Source: Lachnospiraceae bacterium
GTDB taxonomy: Bacteria > Bacillota > Clostridia > Lachnospirales > Lachnospiraceae
Direction: 5' to 3'
NCBI GenBank assembly: GCA_017622575.1
Contig: JAGAQU010000063.1
Span: 16,304 to 80,303, forward strand
DNA: 64,000 bases
Shown: positions 56,466-64,000 of the stretch, piece after piece
Position numbering within the stretch: position 1 is the stretch's first letter
How the letters are laid out: the number at the start of each line of letters is the position of its first letter
The notes under the pieces: model-generated
What the model was told of the DNA's origin: nothing
The model's input: only the letters and a program-made list of their open reading frames with translations
The model's database searches: none
Program-made: the position numbers and the translations under genes

Positions 56466-58343
56466 ATGAATTCAGATACCGGAAACAGAAACGATCATAC
56501 CGGCAAGAAAAGGAACAGAAAGATACGAAAGGTCAGAAAAAAGAAAGCGGGAAAGAAAGGACTTGTCCTGAAGCTTGCAGCAGCGGTAATATCGGCAGTG
56601 CTCATTGTCGGTTCATTGATTTATTTTCTTGTAATTAGGGAACAGGTAGAAGAGCCGGGCGGAGAAATGGAGGAACTTGCAGCAGAGCTGATCGAAGATA
56701 TCCGGGAGGAAGAACCATTAGGTGACATCGGAGCCGGAATCATTGATCATATTGTTACGGCGGAAAATGCGGTAGATGAAGCTTATAAGAGCAGGCCGCA
56801 AACCCATGAACTGACGGAAAGCAACAGAGCTGATTTTGCCAAAATAGAATCCTGTCTGATCGACAGCGGTTCGGGAAAAGTAGTGGTAACTGCCGGCAGT
56901 GACGGAATTCCTGCAAGTGATGACAAGTACTATTATCTTTTTGCTCTGAATACTTATGATACGGATATTACAGAGGATAATGAATATATAACCAGAGAAT
57001 ATAAGGATACAACTATCGTAATGGAGGCTGCCCTGAATTATAACCGTGGAAACAGCAGGCTTTTTAAGAAGTTTGCCCTGGCGGTAAAAAAAGACGGAAA
57101 ATACATTCTTGTCAGCACTCCTCATTATATTACCAATCCGGAAGCAATTGCCAAATATTCTTCCGTTTACCAGCAGCCGGCCTCCAAGAAGGGACTTCTT
57201 GTAGACCCTAACAAACTGCGGGGAAATGAACTGGATGATCTGGGAGTTAAGCAGGCAGCTTATAACATTCCTGTTGCAAGACTGCTGGGGCCTACTTCCA
57301 ATAGTGCTTATCCTACCATTCACTATACTTACAATGGAAGAACTTATGCCTTCAACGGACAGGTTGTAGCGGAATATGATATTGTTTTTGGCACATTGAC
57401 GGCGAAGGGAATTACCACCACGGCGATCATATTAAATAACTATTCTTCTTCCTATCAGCAGCTGATTCATCCGAAGGCGAGAAGCGGAGGGTCGGCACCC
57501 TATTACATGTTTAACGGTGCTGAGGAATCAGGTGTGGAGTATATGGCGGCAATTGCCACATTTTTGGCAGAACGTTATTCCGGAAGCAGCCATGGCAGGA
57601 TTTCAAACTGGGTGATTGCCAACGAGATCAATGCCAGAAAAGAATGGAATTATATGGAAAAGACAGATACGGCCACTTATGTGGAGGAGTATGTCAAGGC
57701 ATTCCGGGTTTTCTATACTGCCATCAAGAGCGTCAGCAGCAGTGCAAAGGTGTATATGCCTATTGACCAGCAGTGGGACAGAAATCTGAAAAATAACCCC
57801 AATTATGATGGGCGTGATATTCTGGATGAATTTAACAGGAATATAAAAGAAAAGGGTGATATTGACTGGGGACTTGCCCAGCATCCTTACAACGTTCCTC
57901 TGACAGAAGGCAGAATATGGAAATCAAATAAGCTGGTGACCCACAGTGCCGGTACGTCCATGATCACTATGGCAAACATAGAAGTGCTCACCAATTATAT
58001 GCAACAGGAACAGTTCCTTGACAGTAACGGGGAGGTTAGAAGTATTATTTTAAGTGAACAGGGATATACTTCGACTGCGGGAGAAGCTGTGCAGGCAGCC
58101 GCTTTCGCATATGCCTATTACAAGACGGAACACAACCCTTACATTGATGCGTTCCTTTTAAACAGACAGACAGATGCGCCGGAAGAGGTTGCCCAGGGAC
58201 TTGCTTTTGGACTGAATCATTCAAATGGCGCGCACAAGCAGATTTACAATGCATTTAAATATATTGATACGCCAAGCCATGCAGAGTATACGGATTTTGC
58301 AAAAAGTATCATAGGAATTTCGAGCTGGAGCGAAATATACTAA
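56466..58343 (+). CDS. membrane-anchored protein with a putative clan GH-A-like TIM-barrel domain
   Basis: Basic N-terminus followed by a TM helix. VIANEINA (NE acid/base-like) and IILSEQGY (nucleophile-like) are spaced about 170 aa apart. No secure family assignment. Confidence 0.45.
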   Translation: MNSDTGNRNDHTGKKRNRKIRKVRKKKAGKKGLVLKLAAAVISAVLIVGSLIYFLVIREQVEEPGGEMEELAAELIEDIREEEPLGDIGAGIIDHIVTAENAVDEAYKSRPQTHELTESNRADFAKIESCLIDSGSGKVVVTAGSDGIPASDDKYYYLFALNTYDTDITEDNEYITREYKDTTIVMEAALNYNRGNSRLFKKFALAVKKDGKYILVSTPHYITNPEAIAKYSSVYQQPASKKGLLVDPNKLRGNELDDLGVKQAAYNIPVARLLGPTSNSAYPTIHYTYNGRTYAFNGQVVAEYDIVFGTLTAKGITTTAIILNNYSSSYQQLIHPKARSGGSAPYYMFNGAEESGVEYMAAIATFLAERYSGSSHGRISNWVIANEINARKEWNYMEKTDTATYVEEYVKAFRVFYTAIKSVSSSAKVYMPIDQQWDRNLKNNPNYDGRDILDEFNRNIKEKGDIDWGLAQHPYNVPLTEGRIWKSNKLVTHSAGTSMITMANIEVLTNYMQQEQFLDSNGEVRSIILSEQGYTSTAGEAVQAAAFAYAYYKTEHNPYIDAFLLNRQTDAPEEVAQGLAFGLNHSNGAHKQIYNAFKYIDTPSHAEYTDFAKSIIGISSWSEIY

Positions 58344-58852
58344 AACAGCTGTTCGATCAGATACTGATAAATTTCCTGATTCTTTTTCTGCCAGTTATCG
58401 CAGATGGAGATAGCAGTTTCCTCAAGAGGGACCGACATGGTAAGATCGATCAGATTGATTCCTTTATCTTTGGCGATCAGATGAGCTTCATATTCACCGG
58501 AGGTGGATTTGTAATAGTCGGCCAGAATGGAAACCTCATTGCGCATTTCAAGCTCATGGTTTCTGAAATATTCATCAATGTCTTTCTTGATGGAATCACT
58601 GATCTGATTGCCGAAAAAAGAAAGCGTCTGCTTACCGTCTTCGGTCAGAATCAGATGAGTTCTGTTCCGAATGGATTTGGCAGTGACGAAACCGGCATCG
58701 ATAAGTTCACCGATTGCCTGCTGAAGGGTAAGAAAATTGGTATATTCCCTCTCAAGAATGAAATCGCCGATCTGTGCTTTGGTAAGTGGAAAATCCACCC
58801 GATTAAGCATATATAAGATAATCAGTTTGTAAAGAGTTAATGGATCTGACAT
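58340..58852 (-). CDS. DUF4364-like (PadR-type winged helix) protein
   Basis: 170 aa. N-terminal LYKLIILYMLNRVDFPLTKAQIGDFIL. Confidence 0.55.
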   Translation of the reverse strand: MSDPLTLYKLIILYMLNRVDFPLTKAQIGDFILEREYTNFLTLQQAIGELIDAGFVTAKSIRNRTHLILTEDGKQTLSFFGNQISDSIKKDIDEYFRNHELEMRNEVSILADYYKSTSGEYEAHLIAKDKGINLIDLTMSVPLEETAISICDNWQKKNQEIYQYLIEQLF

Positions 58853-58857
58853 ATCGT

Positions 58858-59829
58858 TTACTCCTTTTTGTATAAACTGCCCTGAAAGGCACCGGATGCT
58901 TTCATCTGCTTATGCAGAGCATTTAGCACATCCCGTTTATTCCCACTCCACAAGGGAGAAATGAGAAGAGATTTTGGAGCATCTCCTGTCACCCGATGAA
59001 TGACCATATCGGGACGAATGTGTGTAAGACAATCAATAACAGTAGAAAGATAAGCGTCTCTGTTTTCAAAACAGCAGATGCTTTCTTTTTTGAATAAATC
59101 AGCTAAATCTGTTCCTTTCAGAATATGAAGAAGCTGCAGCTTGATACCCCATACAGGTTTTTCGTTGAGATAAGTGACAGAAGCGAGCATATCTTTCGTT
59201 GTTTCACCGGGAAGCCCCAGAATCAGATGAACAATTACCGGGATGCCGAGTGCATGCAAGTCATCAAGAGCCTTCTCAAAACAGGAAAGAGGATAACCTC
59301 TGCGAATGAACCCGGCGGTGCTTTCATGGATGGTCTGCAGTCCCAGTTCAATCCAGATGAATTTCTCCGGGAATTCTTTTTTGAGGGAGGAAAGGAGAGT
59401 AAGGACTTCCGATGGAAGACAGTCAGGTCTTGTGGCAATGGAAATACCTACTGTTTCCCGGTCTGCAAGGGCGGTTTTGTATATCTGTGCAAGATAGGAA
59501 ACCGGTCCATAGGTATTGGTATAAGCCTGAAAATAAGCAATAAACCGGGAACCGGTATGCTTTTGTTTCAGCCTTGCCTTTCCCTCTTCAAAGCTCTTTT
59601 GAAAATGAAGCGGAAAGGAAAGCGGTACCGCAAAATCCCCGCTTCCTCCTCTGCTGCAAAAAATGCATCCTCTGGTATCAAGGGTTCCGTCCCTGTTTGG
59701 ACAGGTAAGCCCGGCATTCAATGCAATTTTATATATTTTTTCATGATAGGTATCCTGCAGGTAGGCGTCCAGGGAGTAGTAGGGTTTTCCATGCCACTTG
59801 TTTATCGTCTCCTGATAATTGGAACTCAT
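58858..59829 (-). CDS. TIGR01212-type radical SAM protein
   Basis: CPNRDGTLDTRGCIFC cluster motif, with length and layout typical of this family. Confidence 0.8.
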   Translation of the reverse strand: MSSNYQETINKWHGKPYYSLDAYLQDTYHEKIYKIALNAGLTCPNRDGTLDTRGCIFCSRGGSGDFAVPLSFPLHFQKSFEEGKARLKQKHTGSRFIAYFQAYTNTYGPVSYLAQIYKTALADRETVGISIATRPDCLPSEVLTLLSSLKKEFPEKFIWIELGLQTIHESTAGFIRRGYPLSCFEKALDDLHALGIPVIVHLILGLPGETTKDMLASVTYLNEKPVWGIKLQLLHILKGTDLADLFKKESICCFENRDAYLSTVIDCLTHIRPDMVIHRVTGDAPKSLLISPLWSGNKRDVLNALHKQMKASGAFQGSLYKKE

Positions 59830-60983
59830 GACCGAACAATATGGGATTTGACAGCCTGTGCCACCACTTCAGCCACCTTAGGGTCAAAGGCCTCCGGCAT
59901 GATGTTGTCTTCATTTAACTCATCATCAGGCACCAGAGAAGCTATGGCATTTGCTGCGGCCAGTTTCATCTCCTCTGTGATCCGGGTAGCCCGTCCTTCC
60001 AGGGCTCCTTTAAAAATGCCGGGAAAAGCCACTACATTGTTAACCTGATTCGGGAAATCACTTCGTCCTGTTCCCACAACTCTTGCGCCGGCAGCCTTTG
60101 CAAGATCGGGCATGATTTCCGGTACGGGATTAGCCATGGCGAAGAGGATGGAATCCTTGTTCATGGAAGCGACCATTTCCTGTGATACGATGCCGGGGGC
60201 AGAAACACCCACAAAGATATCGGCACCCTTTAAGGCATCAGCAAGGGTTCCGGTTTCATTGTTCGGATTGGTCAGTTCAGCCATTTTCTGCTGCATCCAG
60301 TTGAGCCCTTCCGTACTCTTTGAAACAATACCTACCTTATCGCACATAATGATATTGGAAAAGCCGTAGGTAAGAAGAAGCTTGGTGATGGCAACGCCTG
60401 CGCTTCCGGCTCCGTTTACAACAACCTTGCAGTCCTCCTTTTTCTTGCCAACTACTTTAAGACCGTTGATGATACCGGCCAGAACTACGATGGCTGTTCC
60501 GTGCTGGTCATCATGAAATACAGGAATATCCAGGATTTCATTCAGACGTTCTTCTATTTCAAAGCATCTGGGAGCACTGATGTCCTCCAGATTAATGCCG
60601 CCGAAACCGGGAGCAAGGTAGGTGACTGCCTTGATGATCTCTTCCGTGTCCTGAGTATCCAGACAGATGGGCACTGCATTGACTCCTCCAAATTCTTTGA
60701 AGAGAACAGCTTTTCCCTCCATAACGGGCATAGCGGCGTAAGGTCCGATATTTCCAAGACCCAGAACAGCACTGCCGTCAGAGACAACAGCTACCGTATT
60801 GGCTTTCATGGTATAGGTATAAGCGGCTTCCCTATCTTCCGCAATCACTTTGCAGGGCTCCGCTACGCCGGGGGTATAGGCAAGAGAGAGATCTTCTCTT
60901 GATTTTACCGGTGATTTGGCTACGACTTCCAGTTTGCCGTTCCACTCTTTATGAAGTAAAAGCGCTTTTTCATTTGTTGTCAT
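59826..60983 (-). CDS. NAD(P)-dependent malic enzyme
   Basis: 385 aa. LSLAYTPGVAEPC, VSDGSAVLGLGNIG and GAGSAG motifs. Confidence 0.9.
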   Translation of the reverse strand: MTTNEKALLLHKEWNGKLEVVAKSPVKSREDLSLAYTPGVAEPCKVIAEDREAAYTYTMKANTVAVVSDGSAVLGLGNIGPYAAMPVMEGKAVLFKEFGGVNAVPICLDTQDTEEIIKAVTYLAPGFGGINLEDISAPRCFEIEERLNEILDIPVFHDDQHGTAIVVLAGIINGLKVVGKKKEDCKVVVNGAGSAGVAITKLLLTYGFSNIIMCDKVGIVSKSTEGLNWMQQKMAELTNPNNETGTLADALKGADIFVGVSAPGIVSQEMVASMNKDSILFAMANPVPEIMPDLAKAAGARVVGTGRSDFPNQVNNVVAFPGIFKGALEGRATRITEEMKLAAANAIASLVPDDELNEDNIMPEAFDPKVAEVVAQAVKSHIVRS

Positions 60984-61249
60984 AAGATAATCTCCTTGAT
61001 CTTGTATATTTTTTCAGTCTGCAAAGACTCAAATTATTTACATACAGTATCATTTTATAATAATTGCATCAGCCATGCAAGCAAAGTTTACGAAATCAAA
61101 AATGAAATGAAAAGAGAAAAAACGGCATAATAAGGGATATTAGGTAGTAAAAGCTATTTACATGTATAATGTTATGTGCTATCATATGTAGTAATGAAAA
61201 CTACATTAAAAGTTATGAAATAATAAATGAAATGGTTTTGGAGGTTCTT

Positions 61250-62086
61250 ATGAGCTATAAGATAGTTGTAGACAGTTGCTGTGAATTGCCCGCGCAGTAT
61301 CATCAGGATGAGCACTATGAAATTGTGCCTCTTGGCTTGGAGGTGGAGGATGAATTGATCATGGATGATGAGAGCTTTGATCAGGCCTCATTTTTGAAGA
61401 AAGTAGCGGAATCTTCCAAATGTCCCAGATCTTTCTGCCCTTCTCCGGAAAAATTTATGGAAGCATACAGGACAGAGGCAGAAAATATATTTGTTTTTAC
61501 CTTATCTGCGAAACTGAGCGGAAGTTACAACAGTGCAGAGGTCGGGAAAAAGCTTTACGAGGAAAAATACGGAAAGAAAAATATCTTTATCTGTGATTCG
61601 GAATCTGCGAGCTGTGGAGAAAGCCAGCAGGCGCTTCTTGCGGCAAGGCTTTCTGAGGAAGGACTTCCCTTTGAGGAAATCTGCCGGAAACTTACGGATT
61701 ACCGGGATCATATGAAAACATATTTTGTGCTTGACAATCTGGAAACTCTTCGAAAGAACGGAAGACTGACAGGGGTAAAGGCACTTGTGGCATCTACCTT
61801 AAGCATTAAGCCTGTTATGGGTTCCCATAAGGGAGAGATCATTCAGCTCAGTCAGGCAATCGGAATCAAAAAGGCACTTGCCAAAATGGCAGACACTGTA
61901 GCAAAAGAAGCTGTGGATCCGGATAAGAAAACGCTGATGATCACCCACTGTAACTGCAGGGAAAGAGCAGAAAGCGTGAAGAACATGATTCTTGCCAGGA
62001 TCAAATGTAAGGATGTGTTGATCATGGATACAAGAGGGGTCAGCAGCATGTATGCCAATGACGGCGGTGTCATTGTCACATTGTAA
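61250..62086 (+). CDS. DegV family fatty-acid-binding protein
   Basis: Start at MSYKIVVDSCCELP with GGAGG upstream. LSGSYNSA motif. Confidence 0.85.
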   Translation: MSYKIVVDSCCELPAQYHQDEHYEIVPLGLEVEDELIMDDESFDQASFLKKVAESSKCPRSFCPSPEKFMEAYRTEAENIFVFTLSAKLSGSYNSAEVGKKLYEEKYGKKNIFICDSESASCGESQQALLAARLSEEGLPFEEICRKLTDYRDHMKTYFVLDNLETLRKNGRLTGVKALVASTLSIKPVMGSHKGEIIQLSQAIGIKKALAKMADTVAKEAVDPDKKTLMITHCNCRERAESVKNMILARIKCKDVLIMDTRGVSSMYANDGGVIVTL

Positions 62087-62110
62087 GGATGAATAGATGA
62101 AATAAATTAT

Positions 62111-62839
62111 TTAAAGCGTTTCTGCATGATAAGCCTGCAGAGCGCTTTTTATATTTTGGGACGCAAAAGGAGAAGATTTCAGGGTTACACCATTTTTTAA
62201 GGTTACCTTGAAAGGAGAGAAATGTTCCATATAGGAGATGTTGAACATGGCACGCTCATTCAGAAGAACCATATGGGTAAACATGGAAATTTCATCAAAA
62301 AAGTTGAACATGGTTGTCAGAATGGGAACTTCGGTGCCGTCTTTTAAGAAAACGTGAACATACCTGCCCATGGTGATGCCGTAGACGATATCATCTTCCG
62401 CCACATAATAAGTATCGGTTTCAGAGCGAAGTTCAATAGTTGGAATCTTTTCTGCCAGCAATATGACAGCACGGTCCAGAACATCGGAAAGTTCCGCAGT
62501 TTTAATAGGCTTTTCCAGATAGATCAGATTATCGGGACAATCCGACAAAGAAGAAGCTTTTGCAGGATAATCAATCTTCGAGGAGCACAGGACAATGGGA
62601 ACATGGACTCCCGACTTTACTAAGGAAAGGGCAAAGGTAAGTCCGTCAGGCTCTTCATTTACCATGTCGATAAAGAAAAGGTCGTAAAGCATATTATTTT
62701 TCGCAAGGACTTCACAGTTGCCAAAGGAATCTGTGTACAGGGGACCGATAGTGCCCGAACGCTTATCGGATTCTCTTTTTAAAAGACGTTCCAGTTGTTT
62801 TCTGTCGGCAATATTATCATCGCAAATCGCAATATGCAT
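62111..62839 (-). CDS. LytTR-family response regulator (orphan)
   Basis: REC domain (CDDN, FFIDM, KPI) followed by a C-terminal LytTR-like domain. No kinase gene is adjacent. Confidence 0.8.
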   Translation of the reverse strand: MHIAICDDNIADRKQLERLLKRESDKRSGTIGPLYTDSFGNCEVLAKNNMLYDLFFIDMVNEEPDGLTFALSLVKSGVHVPIVLCSSKIDYPAKASSLSDCPDNLIYLEKPIKTAELSDVLDRAVILLAEKIPTIELRSETDTYYVAEDDIVYGITMGRYVHVFLKDGTEVPILTTMFNFFDEISMFTHMVLLNERAMFNISYMEHFSPFKVTLKNGVTLKSSPFASQNIKSALQAYHAETL

Positions 62840-62862
62840 AAGCTCCTCCCAGGATCATTATT

Positions 62863-63156
62863 TTATAAAATTGAGATTTCAAATGGTGCATTCAAAAGAA
62901 AGATAAAAAAGATGATCTGTAAAAGCAGGATAAAAGGCATTCCGTATACAAAATACCAATGCCTTGTTTTATGACGAAAAGCATACATTCCGATAATGGA
63001 ACCTATGCTTCCGCCAATAATCGCAACGATAAAAAGGGTAGCTTCCGGAATCCGGAAGCTCCTTTTTTTCGCTCTGTATTTGTCGATTCCCATCAGGGCA
63101 AACCCGATGAGATTCATGATAATAAAATATCCCAAAAGTAAAGTGATTACATCCAT
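62863..63156 (-). CDS. DUF1294 family membrane protein
   Basis: GIDKYRAKKRSFRIPE...FRHKTRH signature. Confidence 0.7.
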   Translation of the reverse strand: MDVITLLLGYFIIMNLIGFALMGIDKYRAKKRSFRIPEATLFIVAIIGGSIGSIIGMYAFRHKTRHWYFVYGMPFILLLQIIFFIFLLNAPFEISIL

Positions 63157-63177
63157 TGTTAACCTCTGGTTTTTATT

Positions 63178-64000
63178 TTAAAGCTCTCCGCGCTCCTGCA
63201 TCTTCATGGCACGTACCTTGGTGGAAAGACCAAACAGGTTGATGAAGCCTTCCGCATCATGATGGTCATACAAATCACCTGTTGTAAAGGAAGCGATGCT
63301 TTCGTTGTACAGAGAGTAAGGTGATGTGGTGCCGGCTTTGATGATGTTGCCCTTGTAAAGCTTGAACTTAACTTCACCTGTCACATATTTCTGTGTGGAT
63401 TCGATGAAGGCCTGAACTGCTTCACGAAGAGGAGAGAACCACTTTCCTTCGTAAACGATCTGAGCAAATTTGTTACCCATGTCTTTCTTGACAGCATAAG
63501 CATCACGGTCAAGGATCAGCTCCTCAAGCTGCTGATGTGCTTCGTAAAGAATGGTTCCACCGGGGGTCTCGTATACGCCACGGGACTTCATGCCAACAAC
63601 ACGGTTCTCCACGATATCCACAATACCGATACCATGCTTGCCGCCCAGCTTATTCAGTTCACGGATAATATCGGAAACCTTCATCTTTTTGCCGTTAACG
63701 GAGGTAGGTACACCTTTTTCAAAGGTCATGGTCACATACTCGCCTTCCTCGGGAGCTTTTTCGGGAGTAACGCCGAGAACAAGCAGATGCTCGAAATTAG
63801 GCTCGTTGGCAGGATCTTCCAGTTCCAGACCTTCGTGGCTGATGTGCCAGATGTTACGGTCACGGCTGTAACTGGAGTCTGCAGAGAAGGGAAGGTCGAT
63901 TCCGTGTGCCTTACAGTACTCAATTTCGGATTCACGGGAGTCAAGTGTCCACTTGTCATTTCTCCATGCTGCAATGATCTTCAGATCGGGAGCAAGAGCC
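63178..64000 (-). CDS. argG: argininosuccinate synthase (C-terminal part; the gene continues beyond the window)
   Basis: GVYETPGGTILYEAHQQLE and the upstream in-frame ...APEEGEYVTMTFEKG. The reading frame is open to the window edge. Confidence 0.9.
   Translation of the reverse strand, partial: ALAPDLKIIAAWRNDKWTLDSRESEIEYCKAHGIDLPFSADSSYSRDRNIWHISHEGLELEDPANEPNFEHLLVLGVTPEKAPEEGEYVTMTFEKGVPTSVNGKKMKVSDIIRELNKLGGKHGIGIVDIVENRVVGMKSRGVYETPGGTILYEAHQQLEELILDRDAYAVKKDMGNKFAQIVYEGKWFSPLREAVQAFIESTQKYVTGEVKFKLYKGNIIKAGTTSPYSLYNESIASFTTGDLYDHHDAEGFINLFGLSTKVRAMKMQERGEL

Overview
The window looks like chromosomal DNA from a spore-forming Firmicute. The Clostridia / Lachnospiraceae-like assignment is inferred from protein signatures, spoVA genes and CIRCE operators. 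I support about 62 coding regions, densely packed and mostly on the + strand, and found no rRNA, tRNA, CRISPR array or intact mobile element.

Main blocks:
- **181-2527:** an Rpn/YhgA-like nuclease plus two unknown genes.
- **2694-6944:** an aspartate-family operon (ACT protein, hom, ApgM-like enzyme, aspartate kinase).
- **8743-16286:** guaB, a GGDEF/EAL protein, a DHH/DHHA1 phosphoesterase and glnS.
- **16298-20847:** a DUF2225-like gene with a MocR regulator, and a TetR regulator with a Cys-rich protein.
- **20.8-33.0 kb:** the spoVA genes (AC, AD, AA-AB, AE) at four separate loci, interleaved with an MBOAT/SGNH acylation pair, transporters, ridA and aroK.
- **38.3-40.2 kb:** a small decayed accessory patch (XRE-HTH, frameshifted ORF6N gene, gene fragments).
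- **40.2-42.2 kb:** a set of uncharacterised genes, the last one coupled to yaaA.
- **44.5-48.8 kb:** a CIRCE-controlled heat-shock block (hsp20, zinc-finger-less J-protein, clpB).
- **49.2-64.0 kb:** cell-wall enzymes, an MCP, an M20D amidohydrolase, rarA, a radical SAM / malic enzyme operon, DegV, an orphan LytTR regulator and partial argG.

Most notable observations:
- clpB carries an in-frame TAG at the conserved DEIE-K-AHPD lysine codon.
- Three spoVA loci share a GCATA-N14-GGA..CT promoter-like motif.
- guaB, the c-di-GMP enzyme and the DHH phosphoesterase appear to form one operon.
- The alanine/glycine symporter and the M20D amidohydrolase both have a leader terminator of unknown class.
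- An exact 20-nt motif followed by a terminator occurs at two loci.
- A 27-nt perfect palindrome lies inside the ORF6N pseudogene.
- A short upstream ORF overlaps the glnS start in an ATGA arrangement.

I did not recognise an obvious canonical defence system. All family names come from recognising motifs by eye, not from database searches.
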